DNA of 24,000 nt from Actinomycetota bacterium (GCA_030446465.1 JAUJNI010000003.1:61543-85542), one strand, 5' to 3'; positions 16,418 through 24,000 are shown, counted from the stretch's first letter. Notes: generated by a model not told the origin, from the letters alone. Made by a program: numbers and translations.

Positions 16418-16574
16418 GGGTCGTTACCAAAAGTGCCTTCTCGCGTTACCCGGCCGTGTCCCAAGGCACCGCTGACCAGCACGGTCAAGGGTTTTGTCCG
16501 CGTCCGACCAGGGCGGGACTTGGCCAAATGGTAGGACAAAACCTCAAACGAATATCCATTGGATGCCGTCGCGC
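16418..16574. repeat. Repeat copy B (about 157 bp unit; contains the 35-bp core at 16508-16542)
   Basis: 16418-16514 matches 20444-20540 with a single mismatch (97 nt). Homology continues with indels to 16574 / 20592. Confidence 0.9.
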
Positions 16575-16780
16575 TGCCCCGCAAGCCTGTGATGGTGAGG
16601 AGATTGCTCAATGGACTCGAGGTAGTCCTTCAGCGTGAAGCCACACGCTCTTCCTACCGCAAACGCGAGGATGACAACACTCAACAAACACGGATAGCAA
16701 CTGGGGGTCGTCCGAGCAAGAGGGTTCCGGTGACGGATCGGCCACACCGCCCATGGCCCGTTACTACGGGACTCTCGCTC

Positions 16781-17056
16781 TCATGCCATCCGGCACTGGA
16801 CCTCGGCCTTAACGGCGTCCTCGGGTCGGTCCGTCTCGATCCGGAACGACAAATCGTAGTGCCGCGCCTTCGGGTTGCGCAGTTCTCGAGGCGGCCAGAA
16901 TGTCGGTCGGATCTGCTGGAAGCCGCGGCCTAGCGCCTCGTCTCCCTCCGCGAACACGACGGCGTGGCATTCGGCTTCGGCGTTGATCATCGGCTCGCCT
17001 ATAAACCGCAACGGGCTCGCGACCTGCACAGCGTCGCTCCCGACCGGTTCGAGCAC
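16781..17056 (-). CDS. Hypothetical protein
   Basis: 91-aa ORF with moderately protein-like composition and no motif recognised. Confidence 0.35.
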   Translation of the reverse strand: MLEPVGSDAVQVASPLRFIGEPMINAEAECHAVVFAEGDEALGRGFQQIRPTFWPPRELRNPKARHYDLSFRIETDRPEDAVKAEVQCRMA

Positions 17057-17125
17057 GATCTCTGTGGGCCGCCACCCCGGTTCGCTGAATTGCCGGCACG
17101 CGATCTTTACGTCGGTCGCGGAGCC

Positions 17126-17689
17126 TTAAAACTCTGAGCCGTGAATGCCACCGGCGCGTTCCCAGTCCTCGTCCGGCGCTGCGATGTACTCAGGGTGGCC
17201 TTCGTAGATGAGTGAGCCAGCATCGTTGTAGGCACGCGTCCGGCAACGGCTCCCGGGCCCCTCATAGGGGATCGGCCCTACCCACAGGCCCGCACCACGA
17301 ACCACCGTTCCCTTGTCACCCGCCCGGGCGGTGGAGAACTCCCAGTGGGGGACTTCCTGGGTATCGGGGAGCGAGAACGCCTTCAGCCCGGAAATAGTAT
17401 CCGCGTCGAAATTCCCATCGAGCGCCACAACGTTCCATCTGCCGCCGCGTAAGGCGACGGTGATCCATGCATCTGTCTCCCCGGAGACTGACTTGCACGT
17501 TTCGTACGTCTCCCCCTTACGGTTGGTGAAGATCCCGCACCTCGAGCGACCGAACCCGACTCGCCACGTAGCGTCGTCAACCGGCTTCACTTCTTCGCTA
17601 AAGGAGTAGAAGTCGCCCAAAGGGTCGAAGAGGCCGGCGGTGGCCAGCGCCCGGACCGTGAACACCTCCGCTCGCTCCCCTGGAGTCAT
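17126..17689 (-). CDS. Hypothetical protein
   Basis: Protein-like sequence from MTPGERAEVFTV... (ATG 17689), about 187 aa. The ORF is open further upstream to 17842, but that part is Arg/Ala/Ser-rich. No motif recognised. Confidence 0.5.
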   Translation of the reverse strand: MTPGERAEVFTVRALATAGLFDPLGDFYSFSEEVKPVDDATWRVGFGRSRCGIFTNRKGETYETCKSVSGETDAWITVALRGGRWNVVALDGNFDADTISGLKAFSLPDTQEVPHWEFSTARAGDKGTVVRGAGLWVGPIPYEGPGSRCRTRAYNDAGSLIYEGHPEYIAAPDEDWERAGGIHGSEF

Positions 17690-17896
17690 GCGATCAGATG
17701 GCACATCCGTCTCCTCGCGGTGCGCGGGGGGCGTGGCGTCTCCGTCACGAGTCACGAGGAGGGCATGGGAAGCACGCGCTGACAAAGGATGTAACGCCGG
17801 TCGAAAACTCCGGCTCGCGTCCTCCTCAGCACACCTCCACATCCTCCTCCTTCCTGAGACCTTGCCGCGAGCACTTGAGATCCGTGCGGCATGCAG

Positions 17897-18823
17897 TCAT
17901 GTCAGGACATCGGAGGCCGAGCAGGCAAGCGCTTGTCGCAACAGCTCGTAGGACGAGGGTTCGTCTCCTCGCAGAAGTCGCTCCGAACCGGTGATCACCA
18001 CGACGGCGTCCAGGGAGGGTGCGACGGCGAGGAGCTGACCGGCGTAGCCCGCCGCGAACCACGCTGGGGGGTCAGCATCACCGTCGCACCACCACATGAA
18101 GCCGTAGGGACGGTGCTCCGGTGCGCCACCATCGCTCGCGGGCTTCCAGGCCATGCCCATGAACCGGTCCGCCACCAGTGTTTCGGTCTTAGCCTGTCCC
18201 CGCGCCAGCCACAACCGCCCGAACCTCGCGAGATTGACAGGACTGATCCGGAAATGGCCGAAGCCGTACGGGATGCCCTCGGGATCCGTGGGCCACGTCC
18301 ACCCTGAGATGTCGAGTGGATGAAACAGCCTCGATCGCGCGTACTCGACCACCGGTTGCGGCAGGATGCGCTGCAACACCGCGGCTGTGAGGTGTGCGCA
18401 TCGGTTGTCGTATTTGAACGCGCTCCCGGGCGCTCGCTCTGCAGGAAGCGACAAGATGTCGTCGACCCAGGACGATTCCCGCTTCATGACCCGGTCGATG
18501 TCCATGAACCCGTCGGCCGCGATGCTCGCCGTCATCGTCAGAAGATGGCGGACCGTAAGGGCGGGATGGCGCTCGCCTGCCGCCGGGAGAATCTCGGCGA
18601 CGCGCTCATCAATGCCTTCTAAGTACCCATCGTCGACGACGGCTCCGATGAGCGTCGTGACGATTGGCTTGGTGAGAGAGTAGGTGTCGAGGGGACGATG
18701 GATGTCCTCGCCATGAAACGATCGGACGTGCGTCTCGGGGCCATCGACCGCAAGGTGGTCGATGTGGGCCCAGCACGGGTCTGTTGAGATGCGGTGCTCT
18801 AGCTCCTCAAAAAGCCGGCGCAT
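17897..18823 (-). CDS. Beta-lactamase-fold serine hydrolase (class C / esterase-like)
   Basis: SLTK (SxxK) nucleophile motif near residue 50, YDN (YxN) motif, 308 aa. Confidence 0.8.
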   Translation of the reverse strand: MRRLFEELEHRISTDPCWAHIDHLAVDGPETHVRSFHGEDIHRPLDTYSLTKPIVTTLIGAVVDDGYLEGIDERVAEILPAAGERHPALTVRHLLTMTASIAADGFMDIDRVMKRESSWVDDILSLPAERAPGSAFKYDNRCAHLTAAVLQRILPQPVVEYARSRLFHPLDISGWTWPTDPEGIPYGFGHFRISPVNLARFGRLWLARGQAKTETLVADRFMGMAWKPASDGGAPEHRPYGFMWWCDGDADPPAWFAAGYAGQLLAVAPSLDAVVVITGSERLLRGDEPSSYELLRQALACSASDVLT

Positions 18824-19074
18824 TGGTTCTCTGCCGCTCCTCGCATCTGACGACGGATCGTAACTCTGACGGAACTGTGTAAAGCATCACGTGGCGCCGG
18901 AATGTCAAGCTTCTTAGCAACTTCTGATGTGCGCTTAAGCCCCCCATCTCAAGTTGTCTTGCTCTGATGCATGTAGACACGTCGATCGTGTCTGCTTCGT
19001 CGGCCTCTTGTCCGGCCGGTAACGCTCCGTGGAATGTTGTGGCTGAGCCTCCGCTTGGTCGTCAGAGGAGTCGC

Positions 19075-20109
19075 TCAACGTTCGCTGGCGAGAAGGAGCC
19101 AGACGAGGATCCGTGGGACGCCAACGGGCGTTGGGTGAGCGATGCCCTCGTCCTCCGTCCTTGAGGCGTCAGGGGTCCCGTCCCACCACTCGAGCACCCG
19201 GAGCGCCCGGAGGGTGTTCCAGCGGCTCGCCGTCCCCTCGCCGCCCTCGACGTCGAAGTGGACGCGACCCGGATGGATGCGGTCGAGCAGCCACCGGCCG
19301 TCGGGCTGCCGCTTCGACCGGACGACCGCCACCGCCTCCGCCATCCGGGGATCCGGGTCCGCGCCCGACCGTCGGAAGTAGTCGAGCGCGCGCAGCACGT
19401 CGTAGTGCCAGTAATACGGGAACGCAAACTCGAGATACGACGGGTCGGCGACCTCCCCAGTGCTCTTGCGGCGGAACAGGCCGCGCTCGAGCAGGTACTC
19501 CTCACCGCCGCGCCGGGCCGTGCGCACCTCCGCGGACCCGCCGGTCGCGCGCTCGAACTCGAGCAGGCCGTCGAGCACGTTGATCGTCGTGTCGAAGGAG
19601 GACCGCACCGATCCGTTCTCGGCCTCGCAGTTCCAGCCGCCGTCCTCGAGCCGCTCGTCGAGGATCCGCTCGACGAGCGCCGCAACGTCCACCCCGAAGT
19701 ACGCCCCTGTCTCGATCGTCCTGCCGTTGATGCACGGCTCGACCTCGCCGTCGAAGTACCGCTGCCCGGCGTGCTCCCAGCGCCCGTTCTCCGCGACGAG
19801 CGCGATCGCCCGGCGGGCGGACTCCGACGCCGGGTCGAGCCCGAGGAGTTGCAGCGTCTGCAGCGTGTGCATCGTGGCCGTCCAGGGCTGCCCCGGTTCA
19901 CCGCCGGTGTAGGACGCCGGGAAGCAGGCGCCGCCCGCCCAGAGCCCGTCGGGATCCTCGAGCGCGAGGAGGCGCGCGCCCCAGCCGTCGTGCTCCACCC
20001 GGGCTCGCTCGGCGACGTCGTCGGGCGCCGCGTTCGTGAGATAGCGCAGGACCTGCCAGCGGATGGCGGGGTCGCCGTCGAGCAGCCAGTCGATCACGCT
20101 CATCGTCAC
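19075..20109 (-). CDS. Prenyltransferase / squalene-cyclase-repeat (alpha-alpha toroid) protein
   Basis: Recurrent DG-W repeat motifs (DPDGLWAGG, ENGRWEH, EDGGWNCE, QPDGRWLL). 344 aa. The start is GTG 20109 or ATG 20103. Very high GC produces long shadow ORFs on both strands. Confidence 0.6.
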   Translation of the reverse strand: MTMSVIDWLLDGDPAIRWQVLRYLTNAAPDDVAERARVEHDGWGARLLALEDPDGLWAGGACFPASYTGGEPGQPWTATMHTLQTLQLLGLDPASESARRAIALVAENGRWEHAGQRYFDGEVEPCINGRTIETGAYFGVDVAALVERILDERLEDGGWNCEAENGSVRSSFDTTINVLDGLLEFERATGGSAEVRTARRGGEEYLLERGLFRRKSTGEVADPSYLEFAFPYYWHYDVLRALDYFRRSGADPDPRMAEAVAVVRSKRQPDGRWLLDRIHPGRVHFDVEGGEGTASRWNTLRALRVLEWWDGTPDASRTEDEGIAHPTPVGVPRILVWLLLASER

Positions 20110-20443
20110 AGGCTACCCCCGGCCGCCGACGACCCGAAAGGGAGTCGGCGATATAGGTCGGGCGGCGGTGTCGGCCCGAGTTCAGTCTGGCCTCACCATC
20201 CCTTCGCAGCTGGGCGCCGTTTGAGCATCTGGTGGTGCAATGCCGCCATCATCGTCAGGCATGGCTCCTTGACTTCAAATAGACGTCCCACCCGAGACCG
20301 ACCGTGGTCGATCGACTGGATCCCCTCACGCCACCCCACGACCACCTTCCCCCTGGTCCGGCCCTATTCCAGGTAGGCGATCGCAGCGCGGATTCGGCGG
20401 ACGGTAGGTCCGGTCGATCACCGGGCCCGCCTGCGGGGTTCGG

Positions 20444-20592
20444 GGGTCGTTACCAAAAGTGCCTTCTCGCGTTACCCGGCCGTGTCCCAAGGGACCGCTG
20501 ACCAGCACGGTCAAGGGTTTTGTCCGCGTCCGACCAGGGCCACACTTGGCCAAATGTAGGACAAGGCGAATGTCCATTGGATTCCGTCGCGC
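20444..20592. repeat. Repeat copy C (about 149 bp unit, diverged core)
   Basis: See copy B. In the core, accagggcca matches the tRNA-proximal end of copy A, and acttggccaaatg and taggacaa are also shared. Confidence 0.9.
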
Positions 20593-20681
20593 GCAGGACA
20601 CTAGGCCTCGTTGTGCTGAAGCGTGATCTGATCGGCCTCCGCTGCCTAAGGTCTCCCGAACACGGCCAATACAATCCTTCA

Positions 20682-21164
20682 ATGCGCCGCCTGCTCAGCC
20701 TCTTCTTGCTCTCTGCGCTCCTCGCTGCCGGCTGCAGTGATGAAAGCAGTCCGTCCAAGTCACCCGAAGGCGGGGGCAAGATGGAAACAACGGAGCACGG
20801 CACCCACATCATCGCCTCGGTCGACCAAGAGACCGGCCTGCGCCTCGAGATCCAGGACAACAGCCTCTTCTTGGAGTTGCCGGAAAGCCCAACCGGTAAG
20901 GCCGCTGAGCTGCGGGGGACTGGACTTGGGGGTGCGTGTGACGTCTCCTCGGATGCTCCCTTCACCATGCCCGAGCTGTTCCCCATCTACTGGCGGGAGG
21001 AATACAACGACTGGGGCAGTGCCGTGACGCGCGGGCTGCCGGTGCCCGAGGACAGCGAACCAACCCTGGCCGAGTTCGTCACCGAGTGCCGGATCTACGC
21101 CCCACCCGAAGGCAGCGACGAGGTTCGACTCGACAATCTGGTCACCACGATCGACGTTCGCTAA
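20682..21164 (+). CDS. Putative lipoprotein
   Basis: MRRLLSLFLLSALLAAGCSDE is a signal peptide with a LAAGC lipobox. The mature protein has no recognisable motif. I prefer ATG 20682 to the upstream ORF start, which lies inside repeat C. Confidence 0.7.
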   Translation: MRRLLSLFLLSALLAAGCSDESSPSKSPEGGGKMETTEHGTHIIASVDQETGLRLEIQDNSLFLELPESPTGKAAELRGTGLGGACDVSSDAPFTMPELFPIYWREEYNDWGSAVTRGLPVPEDSEPTLAEFVTECRIYAPPEGSDEVRLDNLVTTIDVR

Positions 21165-21687
21165 ACGGTAACGCTCGCAGTCCGAGACCGGCTCGGATGT
21201 CCTTGTCGTGATGGATCACCTCGTGTCCGACCCAAACGACCAGCTCCCCCACCGTCCAAGAGTCGCCCTCGCCGATATCGAAGACGAGCGATCGATCGGC
21301 GCCTTTGGCGGCTTCAACGAACAGGTCAGCAGCTTTCTGCAAGGCCCACAGCCCCCCAGTAGGCGGTAGCTCGTCGTACTTGAATATCTCTCCGAGGTGC
21401 GCCGGGTCGAGACGGAGGTGTAGCCAACGATAGAGAGGGTCGCTCGCGAGCGCGTAAATCCGTTGCCCTTGGATGCGAAACCAGTCACTAAGGTGCCAGA
21501 CGTACCCGGATGGGGACCATGTATCGGCGTCCGGCTTGACCATGGCTTTCTCTTCCCTGCCCCGGATGAGCTCGCCGTACCGAGAAGCCGCTCCGGCAAT
21601 CAACTCCAGCGCGTCCTCGTAGGTCGTTGCCCACGAGTACCCGCACCCAGGACAAGGATCGCCCCACACACGACCGCCATATGTCAT
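21142..21687 (-). CDS. DinB/YfiT-like (DinB_2-type) putative metal-dependent protein with N-terminal CPGC
   Basis: MTYGGRVWGDPCPGCGYSW..., with WHLSDW and GHEVIHHDKD His-rich motifs reminiscent of the DinB/MDMPI_N fold. ATG at 21687. Confidence 0.5.
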   Translation of the reverse strand: MTYGGRVWGDPCPGCGYSWATTYEDALELIAGAASRYGELIRGREEKAMVKPDADTWSPSGYVWHLSDWFRIQGQRIYALASDPLYRWLHLRLDPAHLGEIFKYDELPPTGGLWALQKAADLFVEAAKGADRSLVFDIGEGDSWTVGELVVWVGHEVIHHDKDIRAGLGLRALPFSERRSW

Positions 21688-21706
21688 GCCGAGGAGCCTT
21701 CGGCGA

Positions 21707-22195
21707 TCACAACGGTCCCTTGGAGGGCGGCTGCGTGGGCGCCAGCGTCGGAAGAACCTCCACGAAGAACCTGCGGTCACCCTCGAACGTCGGGGTCAAT
21801 TCGAGGAACTCATCAGTTGTGACCCACCGGTCTTCCGCAACTTCTCCGGCGTCAGGACGCAACTCGTCATCGTCGACTTCAGCGATCCACCAGTGGAGGG
21901 TGAAGTCGCCGTCATCAGTAGCGCACTCCCATACTTTGGCCACGGGTTTGGCAACAAGGCCGAGCTCTTCCGAGAGCTCGCGCACAACGGCCTGCTCCTG
22001 GGTTTCGCCGGGCTCGATTCGCCCGCTGGGGGGACACCAGTAACCCGGCAGGATCACGTCCGGGCCCCGCTTTATGACCAGAACACGTCCGTCTTTTCGA
22101 AGGATCGGTACTACGGCCTCTGTAGCAACTGGCTCTGTCACTTCCTCCATCCTATGGAGTGGGACTCGTGCACCAGGCGCCGGCTGCGCCATCAC
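21707..22195 (-). CDS. NUDIX hydrolase
   Basis: NUDIX box GRIEPGETQEQAVVRELSEELGL (Gx5Ex7REUxEExGU). The start may be an internal Met. Confidence 0.85.
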   Translation of the reverse strand: MMAQPAPGARVPLHRMEEVTEPVATEAVVPILRKDGRVLVIKRGPDVILPGYWCPPSGRIEPGETQEQAVVRELSEELGLVAKPVAKVWECATDDGDFTLHWWIAEVDDDELRPDAGEVAEDRWVTTDEFLELTPTFEGDRRFFVEVLPTLAPTQPPSKGPL

Positions 22196-22202
22196 CCCTC
22201 AC

Positions 22203-23141
22203 TTAGGTGAGGCTGGCTCCGGTCGGCGTCACGTCGTCGATGAGCTTCAACTCTTGTGGGTCGAACGAGACCTCTGCCGCGGCGGCATTGGACTCCATCT
22301 GTCGAGGGTTCTTCGCGCCCGGTATCGCGGTGTGCACGGCCGGATGTTCGAGCACGAATCGAAGAGCAACTTGGGCGAGGTTGCGGTCCTCGCCCGCAAG
22401 GTGTTTCAACCGCTCGGTCCTATCGAGCCCCTCAGGCCACCATTCCTGCACCGGCCAGTCGCGCCTGACATCGCCATCAGGAAAGGTTGTGTCCTCGCTG
22501 AACTTTCCCGTCAACAAACCCATCCGGAGCGGACCTCTGACGATCGTCCCAATGTTGCTCTCGGCACAGTAGGGCAGAACCTCGTTCTCAGGCTTACGGT
22601 TGAAGATGCTGTAATCCAGCTGCAAGACCTCGCATCTTCCATCCCGGTTGAAATGTCTTAAGTGGTTGACGTCGTCCGTGCTGACGCCGTAGGCCCTCAC
22701 CTTGCCCTGGCGTTTGAGGTCCTCGAAGGCCTCCAGGAACACCTCCGTGTTCTCATCCCACCAGAGATGGCACAGATAAACGTCGATGTGATCGGTTCGA
22801 AGTCTCCTCAAGCTCTCGTTGCAGCAATTCTGGATGAGCTTCGGGTCGCTGTAGAGGTTGGGCTTGACGTCGACATGGGAATCCCACAGCCCCACCTTCG
22901 TGGAGATGACCACGTCGTCTCGACGCGAGCCGATTGCTTGACCCAGGAGCTCTTCACTGTGCCCGCGGCCATAGACATCGGCGGTGTCGAAGAAGTTGAC
23001 GCCTAGCTCTAGCGCTCGCTCCATCGCGGCCTTCGAGTCCCGATCGTCGACCGGCCCCCACGCGTCACCCCCGACAGCCCAGCAGCCCATGCCAATGACC
23101 GACACCTCGAGCCCGGTCTCGCCCAGCATCCGATATTCCAA
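22203..23141 (-). CDS. Aldo/keto reductase
   Basis: MLGETGLEVSVIGMGCWAVGG...GVNFFDTADVYGRGHSEELLG, a typical AKR N-terminus with the catalytic D/Y region. 312 aa. Confidence 0.9.
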   Translation of the reverse strand: MEYRMLGETGLEVSVIGMGCWAVGGDAWGPVDDRDSKAAMERALELGVNFFDTADVYGRGHSEELLGQAIGSRRDDVVISTKVGLWDSHVDVKPNLYSDPKLIQNCCNESLRRLRTDHIDVYLCHLWWDENTEVFLEAFEDLKRQGKVRAYGVSTDDVNHLRHFNRDGRCEVLQLDYSIFNRKPENEVLPYCAESNIGTIVRGPLRMGLLTGKFSEDTTFPDGDVRRDWPVQEWWPEGLDRTERLKHLAGEDRNLAQVALRFVLEHPAVHTAIPGAKNPRQMESNAAAAEVSFDPQELKLIDDVTPTGASLT

Positions 23142-23259
23142 GTGTCACTCCCTGCTCTCGAAAAAGCTCTGCCCTCGAGGGCCTAGCCATGCGGTCATCA
23201 TCCAAACGTAAGGAAGACTAGCCACCGCTGAACTCCCCCACGGTCCCTATCCTGTGTAG

Positions 23260-24000
23260 GTGAAGCGATGGGCATGGCCGTCACTCTGGACGCTAGTGCT
23301 CCTTGTGGGGGGCTGCGTAGCGCAACAACCCAACAGCAACAACAACCCCGCCTTCCCGACGGGCACGGTGATGGCCAGAATCCAATCGGAAGGCCGCCTG
23401 CTGGTCGCCGTCCCCTACGAAGGTAGGCCCCCACAGGGAGAGGAGAACCCTTCGTTGACCGTCTACAGGGGATTCGCAGTCGAACTCGCGCGAGAGGTGG
23501 CGGATTCGCTTGACGTACCGGTCCGATTCACTCCGTCGGCAACTAGCGCGGTATCTTCTCTGAGCGAATCGAGCTCCATCCACATCTCTTTCGCACTTAC
23601 TCCGGTAACCGACCGTCTCATCGAAAAGAGCACGCTTACAGATCCCTATCTCATCAGCAACCGGCGACTCCTTGTGGACCGCGGGTCCGACATCAAGGGT
23701 CTAAACGATCTGTCGGGGCGGCGAGTTTGCTTCATCGTGGAACAGGCGACCACCGTAGTAGCGGAAGAGCTGGGAGCCTCGGTCCAGGTGATCAAGGCCC
23801 GAGAGAACGATTGCTTGGAGCTGCTGAGAAACAATGAGGTTGCGGCCGTAGTGGGTCTAGACGTGGACTTGGCCAGGGTCATTGCAGACAGTGAAGGTCG
23901 CTGGACGGTGGTGGGGCGTCCCATCGACACAGTTGCCCTTGCAGCCGTTGTACCCAGGGACGCGCGGGCCTTCGCCGACTATGTGAGCCGGGTGTTCGAC
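23260..24000 (+). CDS. Solute-binding lipoprotein, family-3 (amino-acid type) ABC substrate-binding protein, 5' part (runs off the window)
   Basis: Not in the ORF track because there is no stop. GTG 23260 follows an in-frame TAG. VKRWAWPSLWTLVLLVGGCVAQ is a signal peptide with a lipobox. It is followed by GRLLVAVPYE...YRGFAVELAREVADSLDVPVRFTP, typical of SBP_bac_3 proteins. Confidence 0.65.
   Translation, partial: MKRWAWPSLWTLVLLVGGCVAQQPNSNNNPAFPTGTVMARIQSEGRLLVAVPYEGRPPQGEENPSLTVYRGFAVELAREVADSLDVPVRFTPSATSAVSSLSESSSIHISFALTPVTDRLIEKSTLTDPYLISNRRLLVDRGSDIKGLNDLSGRRVCFIVEQATTVVAEELGASVQVIKARENDCLELLRNNEVAAVVGLDVDLARVIADSEGRWTVVGRPIDTVALAAVVPRDARAFADYVSRVFD

Noticed and set aside
16418-16514. 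Left arm of the repeat unit as a tRNA, pseudo-tRNA or tRNA-Sec (minus strand starts GCCCTGGT like tRNA-Arg)
   Set aside because: Beyond the first 8 nt no D-arm, anticodon arm or T-arm (GTTCGAATC-like) can be folded, and there is no 3' acceptor complement.
16418-16545. Riboswitch resemblance (plus strand GGGTCGTTAC...CCGACCAGGGC vs ZTP/pfl; minus strand ACACGGCCGGGTAA vs ykkC/guanidine-I)
   Set aside because: Only short partial matches to consensus cores exist. Key conserved nucleotides are missing, and the downstream gene context does not fit on either strand (no purine/folate or guanidine genes).
16099-16611. ORFs 16099-16611 (-) and 20326-20682 (-) share the peptide GRTRTKPLTVLVSG.LGHGRVTREGTFGNDP, suggesting a duplicated protein
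   Set aside because: The shared peptide is just the translation of the 97-nt DNA repeat. The flanks differ, indels break the frame beyond the repeat, and third-position GC bias is weak, so this is a non-coding repeat.
16544-16747. 67-aa minus-strand ORF with a hydrophobic stretch next to repeat B
   Set aside because: Weak third-position GC bias, a GTG start without an SD, and a C-terminus that runs into the repeat unit. Probably non-coding.
19062-20376. Long ORFs 19062-19901 (-), 19113-19583 (+), 19258-20376 (+), 19460-19912 (+)
   Set aside because: They have Arg/Pro/Ser/Gly-dominated low-complexity translations. They overlap the motif-bearing 344-aa prenyltransferase-repeat ORF and are a consequence of very high GC.
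1-24000. CRISPR arrays, rRNA genes, IS elements with terminal inverted repeats
   Set aside because: I saw no regularly spaced short repeats, no rRNA-like sequence, and no transposase-like ORF or inverted terminal repeats on either strand.

Overview
High-GC, actinobacterium-like chromosomal segment in three parts. (1) 1-10.15 kb is a dense block of housekeeping-type genes, mostly on the minus strand with abutting or overlapping stops and starts: MTA phosphorylase 3' end, UppP, a PmbA/TldD pair, an SDR dehydrogenase, an ABC exporter, an O-methyltransferase, an IMPase-family phosphatase and a CoA-disulfide-reductase/NADH-oxidase-family flavoprotein. (2) A tRNA-Arg(CCT) at 10459-10531 (-) borders an accessory region. 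A 35-bp sequence starting at the tRNA 5' end recurs at 16.5 kb and, diverged, at 20.5 kb. The last two copies sit inside a ~150-bp near-identical unit. Two cargo segments (~6 kb and ~4 kb) are therefore bounded by direct repeats, and I see no integrase or transposase in either. Segment 1 holds the most interesting locus, a tightly coupled plus-strand operon: a MerT-like CC-motif membrane protein, a 56-aa two-TM peptide, a large multi-Cys-cluster radical SAM enzyme, a Cys-pair class I methyltransferase and a Prx-like2 redoxin. The redoxin is disrupted by two frameshifts and has TGA at the first Cys of its CxxC. The operon faces a 343-aa polytopic membrane protein across an AT-rich region containing a tandem repeat. 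Segment 2 carries two hypothetical proteins, a beta-lactamase-fold serine hydrolase and a very GC-rich prenyltransferase/terpene-cyclase-repeat protein. (3) 20.6-24 kb has ordinary genes: a lipoprotein, a DinB-like protein, a NUDIX hydrolase, an aldo/keto reductase and the 5' part of a solute-binding lipoprotein. I found no CRISPR array, rRNA or recognisable transposase/integrase. All functional calls rest on motif recognition by eye, not on database searches.
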